In this document: positions 50,013 to 59,445 of the stretch, piece after piece
Position numbering within the stretch: position 1 is the stretch's first letter
How the letters are laid out: every line of letters starts with the position of its first letter
Assembly (NCBI GenBank): GCA_944387375.1
Contig: CALXEQ010000003.1
Span: forward strand, 148,969-212,968
Direction: 5' to 3'
Source of the DNA: an uncultured Clostridia bacterium
GTDB lineage: Bacteria > Bacillota > Clostridia > TANB77 > CAG-465
DNA length: 64,000 nucleotides
Program-made: the position numbers and the translations under genes
The notes under the pieces: model-generated
Seen by the model: the letters and a program-made list of their open reading frames with translations, nothing else
Told to the model about the DNA's origin: nothing
The model's database searches: none

Positions 50013-50016
50013 TTTA

Positions 50017-50415
50017 TCATTCTCCTTTCTTACTACTATTATTTTCATTTTTCATATTAATTAAACTAGTAATTATTTCATATATTCCAATAATTAGCAT
50101 AAAAAAATAAAAATATTTTTTTATCTGTTCCTGATTAATATATTTATTTAATATAATTCCCAAAATACATCCAACGATAATTAAAAAAAGTGATTTAAAA
50201 TATTTTTTATTAAATATTTTATAATTTTTTAAATTTTTAAATATAATACTGATTCCAACTGAAATGAACAATACCAAATTATATGTTCTTGCCTGATCAA
50301 TATTTAATAACTCAAATAACAAAGTAAGTATTATAAAAGAAGATCCTCCACCAATTCCCATTCCAGATAAAAAAGATGAAAGGGATGCTATAAAATATAT
50401 CATTTTAACCTCCAT
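50017..50415 (-). CDS. TauE/SafE (DUF81) family permease, C-terminal half
   Basis: 132 aa with the GMGIGGGSSFIILTLL motif typical of the TauE/SafE repeat unit. It overlaps the upstream half by 16 nt in another frame. Confidence 0.5.
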   Translation of the reverse strand: MEVKMIYFIASLSSFLSGMGIGGGSSFIILTLLFELLNIDQARTYNLVLFISVGISIIFKNLKNYKIFNKKYFKSLFLIIVGCILGIILNKYINQEQIKKYFYFFMLIIGIYEIITSLINMKNENNSSKKGE

Positions 50416-50747
50416 AAACTATAAACACTTAAAACAAAAAGAAAAATTCCTGATATAAGATTTAATACATTACTATTCATCTTCTTCATAACAATATTTC
50501 CTAAATATCCAAAAAGTAATGATATAACTATAAAAATCAAACAATTAATAATACCTACATTTGATTTTGTTATATAATACATCAGTGTAGGGATTGATAT
50601 TATTGGCATTATACTTAAAGAAAATTCTCTTGATTTTTTTGTATCTTGTTTCAAAATATACACTAAATAAAATATTAATATTTGTCCAGCACCTGCTGAA
50701 AAAAGCCCATTTAATATTCCAACAATAATATATACTATAATTTCCAT
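50400..50747 (-). CDS. TauE/SafE (DUF81) family permease, N-terminal half
   Basis: 115 aa, 3-4 TM, GILNGLFSAGAGQILIFYLVYIL. Together with the downstream half it is about the size of one TauE protein (~250 aa). Confidence 0.5.
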   Translation of the reverse strand: MEIIVYIIVGILNGLFSAGAGQILIFYLVYILKQDTKKSREFSLSIMPIISIPTLMYYITKSNVGIINCLIFIVISLLFGYLGNIVMKKMNSNVLNLISGIFLFVLSVYSLWRLK

Positions 50748-50835
50748 ACTAATATCATTTGTAAAAAAAATAATATTAAAACAAAATTAAATAAAATAAT
50801 TACTCCTTATTTATTTTTTATAAGGAGCAATTATT

Positions 50836-52095
50836 TTACACTATATATTCTTTGTATTTATTATATTGTGCATCTGTACATTCTATATTTATTAAAGTTC
50901 CGTTTTCAGTATACTCTGTATCAAGTACATTTGCATTATCTATTAAATATGATAAAATACTCCCCTCCGAAAATGGAATAAGCATTTTACACCTTTTATA
51001 GTCTTTAAATAACCTATCAATTATCATATCTATAAGTTCATTTAATCCTCTTTTTTCTTTAATAGATAAATAAATTTCATCTTCATCAATTAAAGGAAGT
51101 TTATCTAACATAAGCTCGGATTTATTATACACATATATAATTGGTATATCATCCACGCCTAATTTTTCTAATGTATCTTTTGTAACTTGAATATGATCAT
51201 AAAAATTTGGATCCGAATAATCTATTACTTCTAAAAGTAAATCTGCATTTTTAATTTCTTCAAGTGTTGAACGAAAAGCTTTTATTAAATCATGTGGTAA
51301 ATCACTTATAAATCCTACAGTATCAGATAACAAAAATTTTCTATTATCTTCTAATTCTATTTTTCTTACTGACGTTTCAAGAGTCGCAAACAACATATCT
51401 TTTTCTACTACCTTTTTTTCTTCATCTTTTACAAATCTATCAATCATATAATTCATTAAACTAGATTTTCCAGCATTTGTATATCCAACCAAAGATACCA
51501 AAGGGATATCTGATTCTTCTCTTCTTTTTCTTTGTATTTCTCTATCTACAGATAACTCTTCAAGCTCCTTTTTTAGTTCAGTAAGCTTTGATTCTATTCT
51601 TCTTCTATCTAATTCTAACTTTTTTTCTCCAGAGCCCTTATTACTAAGGCCAGCTCCACCACCTTGCCTTCCTAAATTGGTACGCATTCCAACAAGTCTT
51701 GGTAACATATATTCAAGTCGTGCTACTTCTACCTGTAATTTTGCCTCTTTAGTTCTTGCTCTTTTTGAAAATATTTCAAGTATTAAAGCAGTCTTATCTA
51801 TAACACTACAATTTATAATATCTTGTAAATTTCTAAGTTGCGTAGGAGATAACTCGTTATTAAAAATAACTAAATCGACACTTAAAGTATCTGCTATTTT
51901 AGATATCTCTTCTGCTTTTCCTTTACCTATATACAACGCTCTATTTATCTCAAATAAATTTTGTATTTCTCTTGATACTACATCTATTTCACACGCATTT
52001 GCTAACTTTTCAAGTTCATCCATTTTTTCATTGAAATCTTTTTCAAAATCCACATTTGCACCAATTAGCAAAGCTTTTTGTCTTTCTTGCTCCAT
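50836..52095 (-). CDS. hflX: GTPase HflX
   Basis: 419 aa with the HflX N-domain and G-domain motifs VSLVGYTNAGKSSLMN (G1), DTVGF (G3) and NKSE/NKxD (G4). Confidence 0.85.
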   Translation of the reverse strand: MEQERQKALLIGANVDFEKDFNEKMDELEKLANACEIDVVSREIQNLFEINRALYIGKGKAEEISKIADTLSVDLVIFNNELSPTQLRNLQDIINCSVIDKTALILEIFSKRARTKEAKLQVEVARLEYMLPRLVGMRTNLGRQGGGAGLSNKGSGEKKLELDRRRIESKLTELKKELEELSVDREIQRKRREESDIPLVSLVGYTNAGKSSLMNYMIDRFVKDEEKKVVEKDMLFATLETSVRKIELEDNRKFLLSDTVGFISDLPHDLIKAFRSTLEEIKNADLLLEVIDYSDPNFYDHIQVTKDTLEKLGVDDIPIIYVYNKSELMLDKLPLIDEDEIYLSIKEKRGLNELIDMIIDRLFKDYKRCKMLIPFSEGSILSYLIDNANVLDTEYTENGTLINIECTDAQYNKYKEYIV

Positions 52096-52130
52096 ATAAT
52101 CACCTAAAAATATTATACCATATAATAAAA

Positions 52131-52162
52131 CTAAAAAAAAGAAAGTAAATAAATTTACTTTC
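52131..52162 (-). terminator. Rho-independent terminator downstream of the YwqE-like gene
   Basis: Stem GAAAGTAAA / TTTACTTTC (52140-52148 / 52153-52161). The A8 run at 52132-52139 gives the U-tract on the minus transcript. Confidence 0.5.
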
Positions 52163-52169
52163 TTATTGA

Positions 52170-52913
52170 TTATATTTTAGGATACCATACATTAATCTCT
52201 TTATCCTCTAATACTCTTTGTGGATTTTCATACATTATTTTTTCATATATATCTTCATCATTTATTGCTTTTTTTATTTTTTTTATTGCTTTATCATACA
52301 CATCGTACACAGTATTGTTATGTGAATCTGTTCCAAAAAAATGTACCATATTATTTTTTAACATTTTTTCTACATTCTTTTTAGCATCTTTTCCATATTT
52401 TCCTGTAATACTTCCAATATTACTTTGAAGTAATACCCCAGATTCTATAAGATTTACTAAAGATTTAAAGTTTTTTGTAACAAAATCATATCTTTCTGGA
52501 TGAGCTAGAATAGGTACGAAACCTGCATCTTGTAGTTTATTAAACTCCTCATATACATTCATTGGAATTATACTATTAAAAAGTGGAAGTTCAATAAGTA
52601 CATATCTTGAATTGGCAAGTGTACATACCTTTTTTTCTTTTATTAACTCAACAATATCATTTGTAAAAAAAACTTCATTTCCTTCATAAATCTTTACATT
52701 TATATTTTCAATTTCAAACATCTCATTTAATTTCTTTATATTATTAACAAAAGAGTTATTTTCAATCTCATTATCATGAATTATATAATGAGATGTTGCA
52801 AAAATACCATTGTATCCTAATCTTTCAGCATTTCTTGCCATTTCTAAAGATGTGTTTATATCTACAGCTCCATCATCAGTATATGGTACTATATGACAAT
52901 GTATATCTAACAT
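52170..52913 (-). CDS. PHP-domain protein-tyrosine phosphatase (CpsB/YwqE family)
   Basis: 247 aa. MLDIHCHIVPYTDDGAVDINTSLEMARNAERLGYNGIFATSHY matches the YwqE/Cps4B metal-binding start (DIHSHI...DDG...TSH). Confidence 0.8.
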   Translation of the reverse strand: MLDIHCHIVPYTDDGAVDINTSLEMARNAERLGYNGIFATSHYIIHDNEIENNSFVNNIKKLNEMFEIENINVKIYEGNEVFFTNDIVELIKEKKVCTLANSRYVLIELPLFNSIIPMNVYEEFNKLQDAGFVPILAHPERYDFVTKNFKSLVNLIESGVLLQSNIGSITGKYGKDAKKNVEKMLKNNMVHFFGTDSHNNTVYDVYDKAIKKIKKAINDEDIYEKIMYENPQRVLEDKEINVWYPKI

Positions 52914-52966
52914 TTAAAACTCCTTTCAAAAAATAAAGTAAGTAAAAATACTTACTTTACTTATAA

Positions 52967-53689
52967 TTATTTTTCAAGAACATATTTTTGATAAGATTTT
53001 GAATACTCTTTTCTTCTATCTGTTGCTATTTGATTTAATATAATACCAGGTATTTTTCCACCAACTGCTTCAATAGCTTTTTTAGTATTTAATAGTAACT
53101 CTTTTTTAGTTTTTCTAGAAGAAGCTACTAAAAACATATAATCTACTTTTTTAGCATAAATCAAAGCATCAGTTATTATAGATGCAGGTGGTGTATCTAT
53201 AATTATTAAATCAAACTCTTTTTTTAGTAATTCAAGTAAAAAATCTATATCTGCAGTTCCCAATAATTCAGAAGGATTAAAAGGTACAGGTCCTGATGTT
53301 AAAAGATATACATTATTTACTTCTGTATCTTGAATTTTTATTTTTAATTCTTCTTCTATTTTCTCCACTTTATCTTTTTCCATTTTTCCTCTTAATTCTT
53401 TTAACAAATCAGAAAAACCAGTTCTATTAGATTTTTTAAATATTCTATGTTGTCTACCTTTTCTTAAATCAGAATCAATTATTAATACCTTTTTTCCATA
53501 TTGTGCACAAGAAATAGCTAAATTAGCACTTACCCAGCTTTTTCCTTCACCAGTATTTGTACTAGTTATGCATATTACTTTACCACTATCATCTTCAAAT
53601 AAGTATAATAAGTTAGTTCTAAATAATCTAAAAGATTCTGATATAGGTGAACGTGGGAAATCATTTACAATTATTTCACTCTTTTCCAT
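52967..53689 (-). CDS. BY-kinase (CpsD/YwqD family protein-tyrosine kinase)
   Basis: 240 aa with Walker A ITSTNTGEGKSWVSANLA, Walker A' LIIDSDLRKG and Walker B LIIIDTPP. It overlaps the upstream modulator gene, typical of YwqC-YwqD pairs. Confidence 0.8.
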   Translation of the reverse strand: MEKSEIIVNDFPRSPISESFRLFRTNLLYLFEDDSGKVICITSTNTGEGKSWVSANLAISCAQYGKKVLIIDSDLRKGRQHRIFKKSNRTGFSDLLKELRGKMEKDKVEKIEEELKIKIQDTEVNNVYLLTSGPVPFNPSELLGTADIDFLLELLKKEFDLIIIDTPPASIITDALIYAKKVDYMFLVASSRKTKKELLLNTKKAIEAVGGKIPGIILNQIATDRRKEYSKSYQKYVLEK

Positions 53690-54408
53690 TTAAATAGTCC
53701 TCCTTCTTCATTATCTTCTAATTTAGGAATTGACGCAATTACAGGTATATTTACTAAAGCTTCAATATCTTTTTCATCTTTTACAGTATCATCAAAATAT
53801 ACAATTAAGAATATAACTCCACAAGATAAAATTAAACCTACTAAAGCAAATATTACTATGTTTTTTACAGTACCAATATTATATGGTAGACTACTTGGTT
53901 CTGCAATATCTATTACAGATAAGTTATCTATCTTATATATTTGATTTACTTTCTCTCTAAATACTTCTGCCAATGAATTAGCAATATCTGCACTAAGTTT
54001 TGCATCTTCATTAGATACTGTTATTTCAATTAATTCTGTATCATCTTTAGATGTAACAGTTACACTTGAAATAAGTTCATCTACTCCCATATCTAGGCCT
54101 AAACTATCTATTACTTCTTTAGCAATAGTTTTACTTTTTATAATCTCACTATATGTTGATACAAGCTTTGAGTTTAAAGTTACATCATTTTGAGTAATTG
54201 CTTCACTATTTATATCTCCTGTTGTTTGAGTATTTGTATTATCTGTTGATTTTGAAAGAACAAATGTAGTACTTGATCTATACATAGGTGTTACTAAAAA
54301 TTTAGAATAAATTAGACCAGCTATTGCAAATATTACTACAGTTGCTATTATATATTTTATTTTCTTCTTTAGAGCATATAATATCTCAATTATATCTAAC
54401 TCTTCCAT
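53671..54408 (-). CDS. Wzz/YwqC/CpsC-family BY-kinase transmembrane modulator
   Basis: The start is chosen at MEELDIIEILYAL (RBS AGGGAGG 6 nt upstream), and the tracked ORF extends 19 codons further. It has an N-terminal TM, a periplasmic-type loop and a C-terminal TM (IVIFALVGLILSCGVIFLIVYF). Confidence 0.75.
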   Translation of the reverse strand: MEELDIIEILYALKKKIKYIIATVVIFAIAGLIYSKFLVTPMYRSSTTFVLSKSTDNTNTQTTGDINSEAITQNDVTLNSKLVSTYSEIIKSKTIAKEVIDSLGLDMGVDELISSVTVTSKDDTELIEITVSNEDAKLSADIANSLAEVFREKVNQIYKIDNLSVIDIAEPSSLPYNIGTVKNIVIFALVGLILSCGVIFLIVYFDDTVKDEKDIEALVNIPVIASIPKLEDNEEGGLFKWKRVK

Positions 54409-54507
54409 TTTTTCCTCCCTTAAAACACGTAAAAACATTATACCATACATTACATAAAAATGCAATCTTTATTATATATTTTACAAAAAAATATCTTAAG
54501 ATTTACC

Positions 54508-55359
54508 TTAAGATACCTCTTCTTTATTTAAAATAACTTCTACAATCTCTGGTCTATTAAACATTCTAATAGGAATTGATGCGTTTCCCATACCTGAACT
54601 TGTTATTATTGTTGTTGCACCTTCTTGTGTTTTTCCATAAGAATATTTAGGGAAAAATTTCCTTCTTGGAGATAAAAGACAATTTTTCCCAAAGCGTATA
54701 AGTCCACCGTGTACATGTCCAGAAAAAACTAAATCAATATCTAATTCTTTATACAGTTTAAAATTTTCTGGATCATGAGCTATTAAAATATTAAATTTTG
54801 TATTATCTATATTTTTTAATTTATTATACATATAATTTATATATTTATTTTTTCTATCTAAAGTTAATTTTTTGGGTTGCATATTTTCTCTAAATTTTAG
54901 TGCATTAATTATTATTTCCTCATCATCCTTTAATATTTTTTCTTTGCCATTTATTATTACGTGAACACCTAATTCTTTTAACTTTTCTATATATTCTTTA
55001 TATTTAAAATATCCCAATTTTCTCTCATGATTTCCTATAGAATAATAAACGGGGTATTTTAAATATATCTCTTTATACATATTTATAAATTTATCTATAT
55101 CTTTTTCTCTTTTATCTATTATATCTCCACTCATTATTACTATATCTGGATTTATTTTATTTACTTTTTGTATAACCTTTTCATTATTATTTCCAAAAAT
55201 TTTACTATGCACATCACTTATATGTATAATTTTTAATCCATCAAATTTATCTGGTATTTTTTTATTTTTAATATTATATTTTCTTATAGCTAAACAGTTA
55301 TTACTTATATATATCAGTGTGCATATTATTGAAATAATTAATAAAATAATATATATCAT
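54508..55359 (-). CDS. Calcineurin-like metallophosphoesterase (YkuE-like), N-terminal TM
   Basis: 283 aa with HISDVHS, GDIIDKRE and GNHE phosphoesterase motifs. Confidence 0.75.
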   Translation of the reverse strand: MIYIILLIISIICTLIYISNNCLAIRKYNIKNKKIPDKFDGLKIIHISDVHSKIFGNNNEKVIQKVNKINPDIVIMSGDIIDKREKDIDKFINMYKEIYLKYPVYYSIGNHERKLGYFKYKEYIEKLKELGVHVIINGKEKILKDDEEIIINALKFRENMQPKKLTLDRKNKYINYMYNKLKNIDNTKFNILIAHDPENFKLYKELDIDLVFSGHVHGGLIRFGKNCLLSPRRKFFPKYSYGKTQEGATTIITSSGMGNASIPIRMFNRPEIVEVILNKEEVS

Positions 55360-55508
55360 ATAATATCACCTATTGAAATTATAATATATATTAAAAAGTT
55401 AAGCAATAAATTAGTTAGAGAAATATTCTTGAATATATCAACTTCACAGTGGATTAGTATCTTAATATTTATAATTGGTATTATAATATTTATATATGAA
55501 CATAAATA

Positions 55509-55537
55509 TAAAAAAGTGATCAAATGATCACTTTTTA
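55509..55537 (-). terminator. Bidirectional rho-independent terminator overlapping the fprA stop
   Basis: AAAAAGTGATCA-AAT-GATCACTTTTT (55511-55536), a perfect 9-bp stem flanked by A5/T5. Confidence 0.55.
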
Positions 55538-56740
55538 TTTATCCATTACTTTCCTTGCAAACTGCTCTCCAATATTTTTTAGTTGTTCAATGTCAAATTC
55601 AGAAGGTTTAAGCTTTATTCTAATAGGTTCAAAAGGTACATTAAACTTTAACATCTTAAAACATGTAGTTATATTAAGTGGTGCTTCTCCGCTCCAAGCA
55701 TAAGAACCAAATGCTAAAGCGCACATTCCTTTATTTATTACTGGATTTAATATTGTCATTGCTTCATATATTTGTGGTAACGTATCAGATAATATTGTAG
55801 GTGAACCAAACATAATCCCATTAGATGTAGAAATATCTTGCTGAGCTTGTTTCATATCTGCTGTTTGTAAATCATATTCTTTTACTTCAACATCACATCT
55901 TTTTGCACCTTCTGCAAGAGCTTCAGCCATTTTTTTAGTATATCCATATGAAGATACATAACATATTGTTATTTTCATTTTTTGAGGCTCTTCAACATTA
56001 CACCATTTTTTATACATATTTATATATTTTTCTATATCTTTTCGTATTATTAATCCATGTCCAGGACAAATATAATCAATTGGTATAAGTGAAATCTTAT
56101 TTAACGCATTTATTAAAAATGGATCTTTAAATGGACCTAGTATATTATCAAAATAATATTTATATTGTTCTACTATTATTTTATTAGTTAATACTTCTTC
56201 TGGCTCTTCTAAATCGTTATATAACTTTTCACTTGCATAGTGTAACCCAAAAGAATCACATGTAAACAGCATTTTATCTTCTTTTAAATAAGTATACATA
56301 GAATCTGGCCAATGTAACATTGGAAAAGCAAAAAATTTTAATTCTTTTTCCCCTAATTCTATACTATCATTTGCAGTTAAAACATTAGATTTAAAATCAA
56401 AATTTATTATATTTCTTACAAAATCAATAGCCATTTTTGTTCCACAAACTTCTATATTAGGATTTAGTTTTAATATTTTTTCTATCGAACCTGCATGATC
56501 TGGCTCGCTATGATTTACTATTAAATAGTCTATCTCATCTATTTTCACATATTTTTCTATATTGGCTATATATTCATCAACAAACTGATTTTTTACAGTA
56601 TCAATTAAAGCTACTTTGCTATTTCCCTTTACAAGATAAGCATTATATGATGTTCCATAATCTGCTTTCATAATAACATCAAATACTCTAATCTCTTTAT
56701 CTAATACACCTACATAATAAACATTATTTTTTATCTCCAT
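55535..56740 (-). CDS. FprA-family flavodiiron protein (metallo-beta-lactamase + flavodoxin domains)
   Basis: 401 aa. The N-terminal MBL fold has the HSEPDHAGS di-iron motif. The C-terminal flavodoxin-like domain has KITICYVSSYGYTKKMAEALAEG. Confidence 0.8.
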   Translation of the reverse strand: MEIKNNVYYVGVLDKEIRVFDVIMKADYGTSYNAYLVKGNSKVALIDTVKNQFVDEYIANIEKYVKIDEIDYLIVNHSEPDHAGSIEKILKLNPNIEVCGTKMAIDFVRNIINFDFKSNVLTANDSIELGEKELKFFAFPMLHWPDSMYTYLKEDKMLFTCDSFGLHYASEKLYNDLEEPEEVLTNKIIVEQYKYYFDNILGPFKDPFLINALNKISLIPIDYICPGHGLIIRKDIEKYINMYKKWCNVEEPQKMKITICYVSSYGYTKKMAEALAEGAKRCDVEVKEYDLQTADMKQAQQDISTSNGIMFGSPTILSDTLPQIYEAMTILNPVINKGMCALAFGSYAWSGEAPLNITTCFKMLKFNVPFEPIRIKLKPSEFDIEQLKNIGEQFARKVMDK

Positions 56741-56754
56741 TATAATTTTCCTTT

Positions 56755-57819
56755 CTATATCAATTTTACACTTAATTTTACTGGATGATGATCACTGTAT
56801 GAAAAATTATTTTCTATTGTCTCAACACTCTCACACTCAACATTAGGACTTAATATATAACCGTCAATTATATATAATTGTGTATTTTCATAAGTTCCAC
56901 TATATTCTTCATTTAATAATCTAGCAGTAGGTTTTTCATAATCAACTGCATATCTCCAGCCATCTGGTAAATAATCATCTGGTATTTGAAGTGGTACATA
57001 ATTATCTGTATCTATAATAGGAAACTTTTCTTTATCAATTCCAGGAAATGTTTGATTAAAGTCTCCACCAGCTATAACATAATTTCCTTTTTGATATTCT
57101 TCTTTCATTAGATTCATTAATATATCCAATTGTTCTGTTTTCCCATCTTCTGCACCATATGCATCTAAATGTACATTATATAATACAAGTTCTTTTTCAC
57201 TTCCATCTATAGCTATTCTTTGCTCAAGTAAACAATTTTTATACATAACAGCTCTTTTAGGCCAGCTATATGCACTAGGAAGTGCTATTCTTGTTGCCTC
57301 TTTAACATTAAACTTATTTAAAGTTGTTACACCACTTTCAACATGACCAACAGTATTAAATATTGGATATGGTATATATAATGAATTAAACATATATGCA
57401 AAACTAGAAGTTCCCAAGAAATCTTCTTTTATTCCATTATATTCATTTATATTATATGATCTTTTAGCTTTTGTATCTACTTCTTGAAATAAGTATATAT
57501 CAACATCTTGTGTTTGCATAAAATTTTTAACTGCTGCAAGATTTTTTGTAACAGTAGTTGCACTTTCAGGTCTTACACCTTTTCCACCATCCATAAAAAA
57601 ATCTTGTGTATTATCTAGTGATAAATATCCCAAATTATATGTAATAATACTAGCTGTTTCTCCTATTTTTAAAGTTTTAGTAGACTCTCCTTCAATTTGT
57701 ATACTTTCTCTATCTTCTGGAAAATATTCTGAAAACGCTAATATTAAAAATCCAATTAAAAATATAATAACTATTGCAATAATTATACCTATTAAAATTT
57801 TAGACCATGTCCTTGGCAT
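56755..57819 (-). CDS. Endonuclease/exonuclease/phosphatase (EEP) family protein, N-terminal TM anchor
   Basis: 354 aa. MPRTWSKILIGIIIAIVIIFLIGFLILA is a TM segment. EEP motifs LYNVHLDAYG, GGDFNQTF and SDHHPVKLSV are present. Confidence 0.75.
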   Translation of the reverse strand: MPRTWSKILIGIIIAIVIIFLIGFLILAFSEYFPEDRESIQIEGESTKTLKIGETASIITYNLGYLSLDNTQDFFMDGGKGVRPESATTVTKNLAAVKNFMQTQDVDIYLFQEVDTKAKRSYNINEYNGIKEDFLGTSSFAYMFNSLYIPYPIFNTVGHVESGVTTLNKFNVKEATRIALPSAYSWPKRAVMYKNCLLEQRIAIDGSEKELVLYNVHLDAYGAEDGKTEQLDILMNLMKEEYQKGNYVIAGGDFNQTFPGIDKEKFPIIDTDNYVPLQIPDDYLPDGWRYAVDYEKPTARLLNEEYSGTYENTQLYIIDGYILSPNVECESVETIENNFSYSDHHPVKLSVKLI

Positions 57820-57891
57820 AAAATCATCCTCCGACCTAAATTATATAATATAAATCTGCTAAAAACAACATTTTTTACTAAATTTTAAATA

Positions 57892-59445
57892 TTACATACC
57901 AGTAATCGGTAAAGTATTATTTATATCTACATTTTCATTTAATATCTCTACTAATACTATTTCATTATCTTTTCCTATATTTACCTCTATAAGCTCATCT
58001 AAAACTTTATAGCCATCTCTTGTCTTATATTCTTTTATATAATACTTACCTAAAGGTATATCTTTAGTACATGCAATCCCCTTTTCATCTGTTTCTAAAT
58101 TATCTACTATATTCATATTTTGATCATAAATATAAAAAGATACATTAGAAAGTGGCATATTTTCATCTATTTTAGTAATCTCATTATATTCTTTTGTTTT
58201 CTTTACAACTTTTATTTTTCCTTTTTTCTTTTCATTTAAAATTTCTATTTCTTTATAATCATTAGGATTTATTTCAATTTCATATATTTTATTATTTTCT
58301 TTATAATATTTTATATTATTTTTTTCTTTTATATAAATCTTTTGCTTTTCATTATTATACAATTTATATATAATTTTTCCATCTTTATCTGTAAAAAAAT
58401 CCTCATAATTTTTACCATCAAGACTTATACTAAAAGCTACGTCTTTTAGAGCCTCATTAGTATCCTTATCTTTTTTTATTATAACAACTTGACTTTGAGT
58501 ATTACTAAACTCTATAGATTTGTTTACACTTGTTTCAAACTCTTTTTTTAAAGTTAATGCAATATTTTGATATCCCTCTAATGTAGATACACCAAACAAA
58601 GCAGCATTTTCTTTAGCTTTTATTGATATTTTTAAATCCACATTATATTTATCATTTACTTTCTCTACGGGAACACATATATCATACTTTCCATTATTAT
58701 TTAATATTTTTACATTTTTATCATTACAAAATACATCTAATTCTAATATATTATTTGTCTTTGTTAAATCTAAAGTTTTTATATAATATTCATTATTTTC
58801 TATATCTTTAACAAATTGTTCAGAAACTTCATCATTCAATTTTATACCATTATCATTTTGAGATAATCCATCATTATATATTTTTTTTATAGCGTTTACT
58901 ACACATTCATAACTATCATCTAATGGTTCTATATACTGTAATTCTAATCCATAAACATATGACCATACTGCAAACTGAGAAGCAAATCTTGCCTGACTTT
59001 GAGTTTGAACTCCTAACTCTTGTATAGTTTTATATGGATAACAGTTTAAAATAACATTATTTAGCACATTATCATTTATTTTTTCATTAACATTTACTAC
59101 ATATCCTTCCTCCTTTTCTTCAGCACCTTTTTTCCCAAGCTCTAAACAATAAGCTGAGTATTCAATACCATCTTTAATATAATAGTACTCATAATTAGTC
59201 TGTGGCTTTCCCATATAAGATATATATTTATTTGGATCCTTAAAACATAAAATAGTATAGTCTCCATATGTAATATTTTCATTTTGTATTGCAAACACAC
59301 TACTTACACTATTAAATACACATAAACAAACTAACATTATTACCTTTATTCTACGAATTTGATTTTGCCTAATTAATGCATTAATTTTTCTGGTTTGTTT
59401 TTGTAATTTTTCAAGCATTATATTTTTATATTTATACATTTTCAT
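57892..59445 (-). CDS. Thioester-domain (TED/TIE-type) adhesin with CnaB-like stalk and C-terminal LPITG motif but no membrane-anchor tail
   Basis: ATG at 59443-59445 follows GGAGGAG. The tracked ORF starts 10 codons earlier at GTG. It has a signal peptide RRIKVIMLVCLCVFNSVSSVFA. TED motifs YCLE ([YFL]C-hydrophobic-[DENQ]) and SQFAVW (Q-xxx-W) are present. The protein ends ...NNTLPITGM then stop, with no downstream frame encoding a hydrophobic/basic tail. Confidence 0.7.
   Translation of the reverse strand: MKMYKYKNIMLEKLQKQTRKINALIRQNQIRRIKVIMLVCLCVFNSVSSVFAIQNENITYGDYTILCFKDPNKYISYMGKPQTNYEYYYIKDGIEYSAYCLELGKKGAEEKEEGYVVNVNEKINDNVLNNVILNCYPYKTIQELGVQTQSQARFASQFAVWSYVYGLELQYIEPLDDSYECVVNAIKKIYNDGLSQNDNGIKLNDEVSEQFVKDIENNEYYIKTLDLTKTNNILELDVFCNDKNVKILNNNGKYDICVPVEKVNDKYNVDLKISIKAKENAALFGVSTLEGYQNIALTLKKEFETSVNKSIEFSNTQSQVVIIKKDKDTNEALKDVAFSISLDGKNYEDFFTDKDGKIIYKLYNNEKQKIYIKEKNNIKYYKENNKIYEIEINPNDYKEIEILNEKKKGKIKVVKKTKEYNEITKIDENMPLSNVSFYIYDQNMNIVDNLETDEKGIACTKDIPLGKYYIKEYKTRDGYKVLDELIEVNIGKDNEIVLVEILNENVDINNTLPITGM

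Noticed and set aside
54324-54536. 70-aa plus-strand ORF between the ywqC-like gene and the metallophosphoesterase
   Set aside because: It overlaps the 5' end of the ywqC-like CDS and its promoter region, has no RBS, and has a Leu/Tyr-rich low-complexity translation.
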